Positions 51,072 through 60,938 of a stretch of 64,000 bases of DNA are shown here, one piece after another. The position numbers and the translations under genes were made by a program. The notes under the pieces are model-generated. The model did no database searches. It saw only the letters and a list, made by a program, of their open reading frames with translations, and was not told the origin of the DNA. The stretch comes from Gemmatimonadota bacterium (GTDB taxonomy: Bacteria > JBHIER01 > G020348925): assembly GCA_020348925.1 (NCBI GenBank), contig CP070758.1, positions 3,983,688-4,047,687 on the forward strand. The letters run 5' to 3'. Numbering within the stretch: the first letter of the stretch is position 1; each line of letters starts with the position of its first letter.

Positions 51072-51539
51072 TCACCTCAACAGAAAATGACCTGCGGAAT
51101 AGACGATAGTGACATAGCAAAAATGTTTCACCCACCAAGCGGTCGTAAAGAGGCGACCCAAACCGTTCGGATAGTAGTGTAATAGAATGGTATGCCCGAT
51201 GAAAAGTTTTGGAAAGAGGAGAAAGATGTCGGCCAGCGTGGTTTGGAACACGATGGCCGGAAGGGTCCAGGCATCCGGCGGGCTCGAAAGGCTCATGTGG
51301 GTCATGAGAATTGATCCGACGATGACACCGAAGCCATTGATCGCATAGGCGATGATGACGGTCTTCTTGGTGCTGAAAAGAAAGGGGACGATGAAGATAT
51401 TTATCAGACCATAGAGGAAGGGGACATAATGCGACGGACTGATCGAAATGGGGTGAACGCGGAAGTGAAGCAGCCATCCCCCTATTGACAGAAAGAGTAG
51501 GGTCAGAATCGGTCTCCTGAGTTCTTTTTGAAATGCCAT
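51072..51539 (-). CDS. His-rich multi-pass inner-membrane protein of unknown function
   Basis: GGAGGTGA RBS; about five hydrophobic segments; GGWLLHFRVHP, MTHM, IGH, WWVKH. Confidence 0.75.
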   Translation of the reverse strand: MAFQKELRRPILTLLFLSIGGWLLHFRVHPISISPSHYVPFLYGLINIFIVPFLFSTKKTVIIAYAINGFGVIVGSILMTHMSLSSPPDAWTLPAIVFQTTLADIFLLFPKLFIGHTILLHYYPNGLGRLFTTAWWVKHFCYVTIVYSAGHFLLR

Positions 51540-51555
51540 GCGATCACCTCCTGTT

Positions 51556-52452
51556 TTAGAACCAGAAAGATCTGAAAATATTGAAGCCGAGCCGATAGTC
51601 GCTGTCAGTGATTTTGAAATCACCACCCGGGATGAATTGGTCCGACGTGAGGCCCAGCATGTTCGTGAGAAAAACCTGAAAGACGTGACCTCCGGTTTTA
51701 TATTCGAGTCCCGCGCCCCAGCCCTGTGACTCGGCCTCATAGCCGGATAAATGCGGCAGCGATTCCCAGATGAGGGATAAATTGCTGACGAACGTAAACC
51801 GCCCTCCCAATCCCAAAATAAGGGTTCCCTCTGATGACGATGCCGAAGGGTTCGTGTTGGAAGAGTAGGCCGGTACAAGCAGGAGGGCGAAGGACTCACT
51901 CGCCTGATGCGACAGACTCAGTTGCGCGCTGAATTTCAGATTGTCGGACTCCCAGATGTCTTCGCACCGCTCCGTCTCCAGACTTCCCCCGACGTTCAGA
52001 GATGCTGAGAGAGGAACTCCGTATCGTTTCCCCTGTTCGATGAAACGCCAGTTGCAGGAGAGTTCAACAACGTCGCTCAGGTTTGTACGCCCGAGAGTGA
52101 CACTCACGTTGTCCCGTATACCGTAGCCCAGGCTCAGGAGTATTTTCGCCGGTCCGTCGAGACCGAAGAGATGATCCTCCCCGTCTCTCAGCGCACGGTT
52201 GTAGCGGTGAGCTATTCGAAAGAGGAGTTCCCCCCTGAATAGGGTTTGTGTCGTCGGAAGGTTGATGAGACGGCGAGTCCAGAAGGCCGGCTTCAGAAAT
52301 TGAATGTCATTGGATTGTGTAGCTGATGGTGCAGCGTGGTTACGGGCCGGGCTCCCCGCGGCCGTGGGATTGATCCGCTCTGAGTGGGACACGGTGTGCG
52401 TGCTGAGAAGAATGGCCACGAACACTCCTGCGTAGAATATGTGTCGGCGCAT
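51556..52452 (-). CDS. DUF5777-family outer-membrane beta-barrel
   Basis: RLINLPTTQTL..GELLFRIAHRY, YKTGGHVFQVFLTN, LGFNIFRSF. Confidence 0.8.
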   Translation of the reverse strand: MRRHIFYAGVFVAILLSTHTVSHSERINPTAAGSPARNHAAPSATQSNDIQFLKPAFWTRRLINLPTTQTLFRGELLFRIAHRYNRALRDGEDHLFGLDGPAKILLSLGYGIRDNVSVTLGRTNLSDVVELSCNWRFIEQGKRYGVPLSASLNVGGSLETERCEDIWESDNLKFSAQLSLSHQASESFALLLVPAYSSNTNPSASSSEGTLILGLGGRFTFVSNLSLIWESLPHLSGYEAESQGWGAGLEYKTGGHVFQVFLTNMLGLTSDQFIPGGDFKITDSDYRLGFNIFRSFWF

Positions 52453-52501
52453 GTCGTCCTTCCCTGTTCTATAGCGGGATAACAAAAACTGAGAATGAAA
52501 A

Positions 52502-52927
52502 CTAATTGTCTTCCGCCCCGGCATCGATCCAGTCCCTGATCCGTTGGATTTCCTCGTCGGATAACGTGCTTCCCAAGGGCATGGCGGATCCGACCGACGC
52601 TCTGTCTTCGAGCTTCATAACGAGATAACTGTTCTCAGCATCGCCGGGCGTCACAAGTTTCTTACCGGCGTCCTGAGTGGACAGTACATCCACCAGTTGA
52701 GCGTAAGCCTGCCCTTCTGTTAATACCAACTCCGCGCTGGCGGTTGTCGCATCGTGGCAGCCGGAGATGGCGCAGCTTGCGGAGAAGATCGGCTGGATGT
52801 CCGAGGCAAATGAGGGTTCCCCGTCGGTCCCATTTCCAGGTTCAACACAGTTTTCGTCATCACTACATTGGAAATACATAGAGATGAATATAATCAGCAT
52901 GAACCCTATGCCAAGTCTTTTTAACAC
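52502..52927 (-). CDS. Monoheme c-type cytochrome lipoprotein (planctomycete cytochrome C-like) with a CX4CH motif
   Basis: FQC lipobox; SFASDIQPIFSASCAISGCH; VTPGDAENSYL; distal MP; IRDWIDAGA. Confidence 0.8.
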   Translation of the reverse strand: MLKRLGIGFMLIIFISMYFQCSDDENCVEPGNGTDGEPSFASDIQPIFSASCAISGCHDATTASAELVLTEGQAYAQLVDVLSTQDAGKKLVTPGDAENSYLVMKLEDRASVGSAMPLGSTLSDEEIQRIRDWIDAGAEDN

Positions 52928-52993
52928 GATAGACCTTCCTTCTTTTTTGTGGGTTTATACATCCTTTGATTTCAAACCGTTTTTCTATACTCT

Positions 52994-53746
52994 CTACGGA
53001 CATGTGCCGGTACCCAGTATGACGTTGACGATTCCAAGTATGTCTAAAACATCAATCGCGCCATCAATATTACAGTCGCTTCGACAGAAATCTTCGCCAG
53101 TAATGGGTGGGTGACTTAAAATAAAGCCGACTACCCTGAGCGCATCCAGAACATCGATGGTGCCGTCGCCGTTGGCATCACCTTTCACACATGTTGAAGA
53201 TGTGGCTGACGCAGTATAAACGTAATCTCCTGATGTCGATTCGTTGTTGTTGGCCGCATTGCCCGACGCGTAGAAAGTGACCTCACCAACATCGGTTAAT
53301 GGGGCAGTCCAGTCAAAGGTCCAGGAGACGGGTCCGTCGTTTGTACCGGCGAAGGTGCCGGCCGATCTCTGTTTGATGTAATCGGGATTGGAGCCCGAAT
53401 TGTCTGAGAGCTGGGTATTTGTGTCCTCCGTTACCACGATCGTACCTGCCTGAGCGTTATCATCATCAAGCGTCGTCAACTCAAAACCCCAGCGGCTCTG
53501 TCCAGGATCGGAGAGTGTTACCGTTATGGTGTATGTTTCGCCCGGTGTATAGATATCCGGTACATTGTCTATGGACAACATTCCGTCCCCGGAATTCAGG
53601 GCGAATGAGTCGTGGCACTGCGTGCAGGTCATTCTCGAAGGTGGGTCGCCGGCCCGACCGTTGGGTGGGTTGCTGGAGTATGCCCAGAAAATAGCGGAAA
53701 AACCCATAATCAGGAGAAACCCGAGAAACAAATGTCTTTCCGACAT
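52994..53746 (-). CDS. Secreted Reeler-like (choice-of-anchor V type) protein with CTQCH and a C-terminal dockerin-like domain
   Basis: Signal peptide; GDPP..TCTQCH; YTPGETYTITV; GFEL; WTFDWTAP; GDANGDGTIDVLD and SDCNIDGAIDVLD. Confidence 0.8.
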   Translation of the reverse strand: MSERHLFLGFLLIMGFSAIFWAYSSNPPNGRAGDPPSRMTCTQCHDSFALNSGDGMLSIDNVPDIYTPGETYTITVTLSDPGQSRWGFELTTLDDDNAQAGTIVVTEDTNTQLSDNSGSNPDYIKQRSAGTFAGTNDGPVSWTFDWTAPLTDVGEVTFYASGNAANNNESTSGDYVYTASATSSTCVKGDANGDGTIDVLDALRVVGFILSHPPITGEDFCRSDCNIDGAIDVLDILGIVNVILGTGTCP

Positions 53747-53821
53747 GTTCACCCTCCGTTTGTTTCAGCAAAAGAAGTGCAACCGTGAGTTGATACATTT
53801 ATGCTAACAGGTTTGCAGTCA

Positions 53822-54770
53822 TCACGGGCACTTACCCACACCTAGGATAACCCGGACTATTCCCAGTGCATCCAGAATATCAAGAGTACCGTCCTGGTTG
53901 CAGTCGGCCCTCCAGAACTCACACCCCTCAAGGATGCTGATACCGAGAATATGGTTAACTAATGAGAGTATGTCAAGAACATCCGGACTGCCGTCGCCGT
54001 TAATGTCACTCACCGGCAGCGCGCAGATGATGGCCGTGCCGGTCATGCCTTGAGCAAAATGAGGAATACAGTAATAGGGATACGTTCCGGTATCCTCAAA
54101 GTGATGCGTGAAGGATTCGCCGGTGCTCAGAAGACCTGAATCCCACAGTTGACCGGATAGTGGATCATTCGGTCCGGTTCCGCTGGTGGAGGTGTGTGCT
54201 GCAGTCCCCGTTGTCGTCCATCGGACCGCTTGACCGACGCCAATGTAAACCGGGTCAGGATCGAAAAAGAGATCATCGGTCATTGCCACGTCCACTGTTG
54301 GGATACCAACGTGTATGTAGTCTGTTTCAGTAAGGGTATCTGGGCCGCAAGGGCCTGTCACGGTTAGTATGACGCTGTACGTTCCCTCGGTCTGATATTC
54401 ATGGCTTGGATTCTGTTGGGTGCTTGTTCCGTCGTCGCCAAAATCCCAGAACCAGGAGTCTATGTCACCTGTGGAGAGATCGGTGAATTGAACGGTCAGT
54501 GGAGACGGTCCGCTTGTGGGGCTGGCTGAAAAATTTGCCTGAGGCAGGGGATCCACAGCGATGTAGTCGTTTTTTATCTCAGTATCGTCACCACCAGGTC
54601 CTGTGACCGTCAATCTGACAGTGAAGGTTCCTGCGCTCTGGTACTGATGCGCGGGATTCTGTTCAGTGCTCGATTCATCATCACCGAAACTCCAGTCCCA
54701 CGACGTGATGTCGCCTGTGGACTGGTCCGTAAACTCGACGGTGAGTGGAGCGCAACCAGTGGTGGGCTCG
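53822..54770 (-). CDS. PKD-PKD-cupredoxin (type 1 copper)-dockerin protein, 5' end lost in the gap
   Basis: The frame is open up to the gap; 2x PLTVxFTDxSTG...WxFGD...QNPxHxY; AHTSTS...YYCIPHFAQGM; SDINGDG and ADCNQDG. Confidence 0.85.
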
Positions 54771-54870
54771 NNNNNNNNNNNNNNNNNNNNNNNNNNNNNN
54801 NNNNNNNNNNNNNNNNNNNNNNNNNNNNNNNNNNNNNNNNNNNNNNNNNNNNNNNNNNNNNNNNNNNNNN
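54771..54870. other. Assembly gap (100 N)
   Basis: Run of N. Confidence 1.
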
Positions 54871-57800
54871 GTCATCAGCATACCCTCCGGGGCCTTCAAC
54901 GGCTCCTCCGCCAGCCTGGTCGACATCACCGGCATCAACATCAACGCCGGCACCTCGGTCACCGTCGTCTTCAGGGTCACCGTGGACAGCGCCGTGCCGT
55001 CGGAGGTGACCGAGATCAGCAACCAGGGCCTCGTCGGAAACATCCCCCAAACCCCGGACGAACCCACCAACGATCCGGATACGCCCCAGGATGATGACCC
55101 CACTGACACACCCCTGGTGGCTGCTCCTCTCTTAGAGACTTTTAAAAGAGACGCACTTTTTATGGACAATGATGACAACGGTCTTTTCAGCCCGGGAGAC
55201 GTACTGAGATATGATATTACGATTACGAATTCGGGAAACACCTCCGCCACCGGAGTCACGTTCGAGGATTTCCCGGACATGTATACCAACCTTGTTGTGG
55301 GAAGTGTGACGACAACGAAGGGGTCAATCCTCACCGGAAACGGCGTCGGTCATACCTATGTTGAGATCGATATCGGAGAGATTGCAGGCGGAGGCGGAAG
55401 TGTGACCATCAGATTCCGGGTAATTATCGAGAACCCACTCCCACCCGGAGTGGACCAAGTGGAAAACCAGGGAATCGTTGGCAGCAACGAACTGGACGAC
55501 GAACCCACTGACGACCCGGACACGCCGGATGAAGACGATGAAACGGTGACACCGTTAACCGCCGCACCTGTCATTGAAGCCACAAAAACGGATGTTCTCC
55601 ATCAGGACAACGACGGGGATAGTGTTCCCAGTCCTGGCGACGTCCTCCGCTACGACATTACGATCACCAACTCCGGAAACCAGGCGGCCTCCGATGTTGT
55701 GTTCACTGACACGCCTGACCCATACACCGCTCTCATCGCAGGAAGTGTCACCACATCCCAGGGAACCGTTACTGAAGGCAACGGTGGAGGCGATACGAAA
55801 GTGACCATCGATGTGGGAACCGTCCCAGGAGGCGGGAGTGTGGACATTCGCTTTCGGGTTCTCATTGACAGTCCCTTTCCCACCGGTATCCCAGAGCGGG
55901 TTATCAATCAGGGGTTTATCAGCAGCAACGAGTTGCCTGATGAGCCCACCGACGACCCTGATACTCCTGCAGAGGATGATGAAACGATTACGGAGCTCTC
56001 GATTTCACCCAACTTGGAGGCCACCAAAAGGGATGTCCTCCACTCCGACGAAGACAGTAACGGTGTGCCGAGTCCGGGTGATATTCTCAAGTATACGGTC
56101 GTCATCACGAATTCAGGCAATGCCGCCGCTACAAATGTCCGCTTCACTGACACACCGGATGCCAACACGGAACTTGTCGTCGGAAGTGTCACAACGTCGG
56201 CGGGCACTATTGTCCGAGGCAACGGCAGTGGCCACACGTATGTCCGCGTTGATATCGGCTCCATCGGGGGCGCCGGAGGACAGGTCACCGTTACGTTTCA
56301 AGTCGTCATCGATGCTCCCTTACCGGCTGGCGTCGACGAGGTGGCCAATCAGGGTCTTGTGACGAGCAGTGGATTGCCTGATGAACCGACCGACGATCCC
56401 GACACGCCTGAGGATGACGACGAGACGATCACTCCCGTAGAGGCTTCCCCCATAATCGAGGCGCTCAAGAGGGATATCCTCGTTGGCGACAGCGACGGGA
56501 ACGGCGTTGCCAGTCCTGGTGACACACTCCTCTATGAACTGACTATCGTCAACCTCGGAAACATGAATGCCAGCGACGTTCTCTTTAACGACACTCCGGA
56601 TACGAACACGACTCTCGTTGTTGGAAGCGTCACGACGACTCAGGGTAATATCCTGAGAGGCAACCATCCGGGTCAGAGTGATGTCCGCGTTGACATCGGG
56701 ACCCTCCAGGGTGGGACGAGTCTTTCCATTACATTTCTGGTTGTCATCGCTGACCCGTTTCCCGCCGGCCTCACTGAAGTATGCAATCAGGGATGGATTA
56801 CGAGCGTTCAGGTCGATCCTGAACCGACGGACGATCCTGACGATCCGGCGGATGATGATGAAACCGATACACCGCTCGTGATTGCACCATTCATTGAGAG
56901 TTATAAGAGGGATAGGCTGCATGAAGATGTCGACCATGACGGACAGCCAACCCCCGGTGACGTTCTCCTCTACACGGTGACTATTATGAACTCAGGCAAC
57001 ACCGCAGCGTCAGGAGTCCTCTTTGAGGACACACCGGATCCAAACACCACTTTGGTCGTTGGAAGTGTCACCACGAGTCAGGGAACCGTCACTTCAGGCA
57101 ACAGTCAAGGAGACATGACGGTCGCCGTCACCGTCGGATCATTACCTGGGCGCGGAGGTCAGGTCGAGATCGAATTTCAAGTGATCATTAATGACCCGCT
57201 TCCAATCGGTGTAACCTTCGTGGCCAACCAGGGAATCGTCACGAACGATCACACCGATCCCGAGCCCACAGACGATCCGGACACGCCTGAGGATGACGAT
57301 CCGACTGTCACCCGGGCTTTTTGGATCATTTTTAAGCGGGGAAATACGTTTCCGCAAGCCATTGCCTCCACATTCTGTCCCTATATTGACGTCGCCGATG
57401 GCTCCCCAGCCGATGGGGATACGTTGATTCAAGTGACGACATACACATACGATCCAGACTTTGATCTGTGGTGGGATCATCCGGACGCTGCGGGAAATCT
57501 CTATCCCGGGTCAAACCTGTATGTGACCTATCGCTTCAGGACCGGAAGCCCGGTCGACTCCATCTTCCTTCACATTCCCGCCAGGGGAAGCACCAATCCT
57601 GTTCGACATCCCATATTCCGAGCCGCTGGCCCGCGAACAGGGACCTGGGCGATTCATACTGCCGGGATGCACGACTTTTACGGATACGATTGGAAAGTCT
57701 ACGATGAGGCAGACCGAGATGACGGCGTGTGGTATCTTGTCTCCGAAATCTATCTCAGCTTCGATGGATCGACGACCTTCATAACCGATACGAGCTCTAT

Positions 57801-60189
57801 TATTCTTGATTCGAAGGATCCGATCTATCACCTTACATATACAAAGGAGTCGGACGGCACACCGCTGCCCACCATTCCACATCCGACCCTCGGAGATATT
57901 CCTCTGACGTGCCAACAAAAGGTGCTCATTACGACAACGGTCGATCAAACGCTGCCCGTGGTGGGCAACGGCCGTTTGTGGAGCTGGATGGATATCTTCA
58001 TCTTTGCCCAGGGGGAGAGGATCGATATTGATGGCGTGCCGGCCTATGCAGACGAGTTGTGGGAGCAATCCCGATGGGTTAATGATAGACCGCCGAGCGC
58101 CGACACGGTGATGTACTTTTATACGTGGGATTTAATGAGTGCCGATTCCACCTGCGATGGCATCGCTGAGGTGCGGATTAAAGGTCGAGATACAGCGAGC
58201 AACCTGGTGGATATCGAGGACGGCGAGCCGAACACCGGTCTCCACGTTTTCGTCGATGTCACATCCCCTTCGCCACCGGATGCGTCAAAAATCATTATCA
58301 CAGATGACGGCTCCGCCGTGGGAGATTTGGGAGCCGTCGGTCAGGATTGGTTTAAGCTCGGACTGACCGTGAATTTCTACAATGACGGAGCATTGACCAC
58401 GCTCCTGGGATCAACGACCGCACTTGGAAATGGAAGCTTTACAACCGTCGTCTCGTCATTCATTAGTACAGGAGATGTTGTCCACGTGACAGCCCAGGAT
58501 CGGGCCGGCAATGAGAGCAGCGCCGTCGAGGTGACTGTCCAAGAAACCGTCGTGATCTTGGAGGCTTTCAAACACGATACACTCCTCATCGATAATGACC
58601 ACGACGGCTTACTCACTCCGGGAGATGTTTTGAAGTATACGGTGTCCGTGGAGAATATGAGCAACACGATTGCCACAGATGTCACAGAAGTGTACCTCCT
58701 TGATGCTCCTGATCCGAATACGAATCTTCTCATCGGGAGTGTGACGACGAGCCGCGGCATCGTTCTCTCAGGCAACACGCCTGGCAATACTGAGGTAAGA
58801 GTCTATTTCGGAAATCTGCGAGGAATGAGGTCAGCCACTGTGACGTTCAGAGTGACGGTCAAAGACCCACTCCCACCTGTCACAGAAATTGTCAATCAGG
58901 GAATTGTCACGAGCAATGAGGTCCCCTCCGAACCGACGGATGATCCGGAGACACCGGCCGAGGACGATCCGACGACCACTGCGGTCTCTTCCGGCGCTGT
59001 CCTCTTCCACTACGTTATGGAACCGGGCTGGAACCTCGTATCACTGCCCATCGTTCCGGGCACATTCGACCTGTCCATTCTCTTTCCATTTGCAGTGGCA
59101 TATTGGGAGTATGACGGCATGTATCAGGAGGCAGACCTTGGTGACAACGGCCGCGGATACTTCTTGCTGTACAACCTTGGTAGACATCCCGAAATACTCG
59201 GATATCCTCTGGAGCGCTATACGATCACGCTCAACCCGGGCTGGAACCTCGTTGGATCCGTGGTTGAACCCGTCCCCGTATCGGACATTATCGATGTCAG
59301 TACCGGGCAGCCAGCCATGCTGAGCTGTATTGCAGCGAACTCAGTCTACGGCTATCAAGCAGGTCAATACTACACCACGAACATCATCTGGCCGGGCGAT
59401 GGATTTTGGATCTATGCACTGTACGAATGCACCATTGAGGTGCAGACCTCCGGTGCACTTCCGCTGAAAGGTTCTGTCTTGCCGGTTGAAGAACCTCAAT
59501 GGATGGCTCACATTGGAATCACGCGGAACGAGCAGACACACGTACTCGAATTCGGTCAAGCTGCAACGGCCAGCAAGACCCATGATCCTCATCTTGATCT
59601 GCTCGCGCCACCGCCGCTGCCACAGGAGGATAACATAGCGGTTTTCACAGCGGATCTTGAGAGTGGTGGCCCGGAGCTTCTGCGAGACATCAAGAACGTC
59701 GGTCCCGCCCGCTGGACCATACGTCTTCATGCAGACGAAGGGGCATACATAACCTTAGACGTCTCAAACGTACCGAGTGATCTTTCGGTCAAAGCATCTC
59801 TGGCTGGAGGTTCCGTTGAAGTGCCGAACGGAGAACCCGTGTGGGTTGAAGGCAGCGTTGTGATCAAAATCGAAGTGCAGCGGTTGCCCACGAGATTCAC
59901 CTTGAGTCAAAACTATCCGAATCCGTTCAATCCGGCCACACGAATCGGTTTTCAGTTGCCAGTCATCGGTGATCAGTCCACACAATACACCACCTTGAAA
60001 ATATTCAACCTGCTTGGCCGTGAGGTAAGGACGTTGGTGGATGAGGACAAAGAGCCCGGATATTATGAGGTGACCTGGGATGGTCGAGACACATTCGGAA
60101 ACGAAGTTCCCAGCGGCGTGTACTTCTACCGGTTGTCAGGAAATGGCGGGCAACTGTCGGAGACGAGGAGAATGATTTTGATGAAGTAA
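54871..60189 (+). CDS. Large secreted adhesin (>1770 aa, 5' partial) with six or more extended DUF11 repeats and a T9SS/FlgD sorting domain
   Basis: Repeats E..KxD...DxDxxG..(S/T)PGD.L.Y...NQG...PTDDPDTP.DDD.T; GWNLV x2; LSQNYPNPFNP...SGVYFY...RRMILMK. Confidence 0.88.
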   Translation, partial: VISIPSGAFNGSSASLVDITGININAGTSVTVVFRVTVDSAVPSEVTEISNQGLVGNIPQTPDEPTNDPDTPQDDDPTDTPLVAAPLLETFKRDALFMDNDDNGLFSPGDVLRYDITITNSGNTSATGVTFEDFPDMYTNLVVGSVTTTKGSILTGNGVGHTYVEIDIGEIAGGGGSVTIRFRVIIENPLPPGVDQVENQGIVGSNELDDEPTDDPDTPDEDDETVTPLTAAPVIEATKTDVLHQDNDGDSVPSPGDVLRYDITITNSGNQAASDVVFTDTPDPYTALIAGSVTTSQGTVTEGNGGGDTKVTIDVGTVPGGGSVDIRFRVLIDSPFPTGIPERVINQGFISSNELPDEPTDDPDTPAEDDETITELSISPNLEATKRDVLHSDEDSNGVPSPGDILKYTVVITNSGNAAATNVRFTDTPDANTELVVGSVTTSAGTIVRGNGSGHTYVRVDIGSIGGAGGQVTVTFQVVIDAPLPAGVDEVANQGLVTSSGLPDEPTDDPDTPEDDDETITPVEASPIIEALKRDILVGDSDGNGVASPGDTLLYELTIVNLGNMNASDVLFNDTPDTNTTLVVGSVTTTQGNILRGNHPGQSDVRVDIGTLQGGTSLSITFLVVIADPFPAGLTEVCNQGWITSVQVDPEPTDDPDDPADDDETDTPLVIAPFIESYKRDRLHEDVDHDGQPTPGDVLLYTVTIMNSGNTAASGVLFEDTPDPNTTLVVGSVTTSQGTVTSGNSQGDMTVAVTVGSLPGRGGQVEIEFQVIINDPLPIGVTFVANQGIVTNDHTDPEPTDDPDTPEDDDPTVTRAFWIIFKRGNTFPQAIASTFCPYIDVADGSPADGDTLIQVTTYTYDPDFDLWWDHPDAAGNLYPGSNLYVTYRFRTGSPVDSIFLHIPARGSTNPVRHPIFRAAGPRTGTWAIHTAGMHDFYGYDWKVYDEADRDDGVWYLVSEIYLSFDGSTTFITDTSSIILDSKDPIYHLTYTKESDGTPLPTIPHPTLGDIPLTCQQKVLITTTVDQTLPVVGNGRLWSWMDIFIFAQGERIDIDGVPAYADELWEQSRWVNDRPPSADTVMYFYTWDLMSADSTCDGIAEVRIKGRDTASNLVDIEDGEPNTGLHVFVDVTSPSPPDASKIIITDDGSAVGDLGAVGQDWFKLGLTVNFYNDGALTTLLGSTTALGNGSFTTVVSSFISTGDVVHVTAQDRAGNESSAVEVTVQETVVILEAFKHDTLLIDNDHDGLLTPGDVLKYTVSVENMSNTIATDVTEVYLLDAPDPNTNLLIGSVTTSRGIVLSGNTPGNTEVRVYFGNLRGMRSATVTFRVTVKDPLPPVTEIVNQGIVTSNEVPSEPTDDPETPAEDDPTTTAVSSGAVLFHYVMEPGWNLVSLPIVPGTFDLSILFPFAVAYWEYDGMYQEADLGDNGRGYFLLYNLGRHPEILGYPLERYTITLNPGWNLVGSVVEPVPVSDIIDVSTGQPAMLSCIAANSVYGYQAGQYYTTNIIWPGDGFWIYALYECTIEVQTSGALPLKGSVLPVEEPQWMAHIGITRNEQTHVLEFGQAATASKTHDPHLDLLAPPPLPQEDNIAVFTADLESGGPELLRDIKNVGPARWTIRLHADEGAYITLDVSNVPSDLSVKASLAGGSVEVPNGEPVWVEGSVVIKIEVQRLPTRFTLSQNYPNPFNPATRIGFQLPVIGDQSTQYTTLKIFNLLGREVRTLVDEDKEPGYYEVTWDGRDTFGNEVPSGVYFYRLSGNGGQLSETRRMILMK

Positions 60190-60254
60190 GCCAAAACGTC
60201 GAAAAGCACGCCGACCCCTCGAATGAACTTAGGGATCGTGAGCTGTGATGGGTA

Positions 60255-60938
60255 TCAGTCCTGTACCATCTCTTCGAGAAGCACTTTGAGAATCCGGACG
60301 AGTTTCCGCTCCTCGCGGTTCAGAGAAACGCCCACATCACTTAATTCAGATTTCAGACGGTGTCTGTCGGTCATATCTCGAACTAGCGCCAGGATAGTCG
60401 GTTTGCCTCCATAATGGACTGTTGCATAACACACCTTCACATTCTTTTCCGTACCATCCTTGCAGAGGACGGTAAAAATATCGTGATCCGGCAAAATCCC
60501 AGTATGGTCAAACGTATCATAAATTCTTTTGATATGCTCTCGCTCTTCAGGAATAGCATGGAGTCCCGCCTCATACCCAATAAGTTCCTCAGCCGGATAT
60601 CCCGTAATCTGTTCCATTGCTTTGTTGACAAATTTATAAAGTCCATCCTGGACAATCACAAGGCCCTCCTTCGTACCCTCAAGGATGGTGGAACACATTT
60701 TTTCCGACTCCCCGGTTCCGCGACGCATTTGGCCTTCTCCTGAGATAAGCCAATCTATAGAAAAACCCATATCGTAAATTTTCTTCAATATTTTATCCTC
60801 AGGCAACCGGCCCAACTCATAGTTGGAGACTGCCGGACCTGTCTTCCCGAAGCGATCACCAAATTCCCTCTGATTCATACCGAGACTTTTTCGAATCTGC
60901 CGTAACCGTTGTCCTCTGTCTCTGTCTCGTGCGGCCAT
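60255..60938 (-). CDS. XRE/Cro-type HTH plus PAS domain regulator
   Basis: RLRQIRKSLGMNQREFG...VSNYELG...IDWLISGEG; FVNKAMEQITGYPAEELIG...VRDMTDR. Confidence 0.85.
   Translation of the reverse strand: MAARDRDRGQRLRQIRKSLGMNQREFGDRFGKTGPAVSNYELGRLPEDKILKKIYDMGFSIDWLISGEGQMRRGTGESEKMCSTILEGTKEGLVIVQDGLYKFVNKAMEQITGYPAEELIGYEAGLHAIPEEREHIKRIYDTFDHTGILPDHDIFTVLCKDGTEKNVKVCYATVHYGGKPTILALVRDMTDRHRLKSELSDVGVSLNREERKLVRILKVLLEEMVQD

Noticed and set aside
51540-51899. N-terminal 120 aa of the 275-aa ORF 51072-51899
   Set aside because: Overlaps the DUF5777 gene in another frame; a strong RBS supports the start at 51539
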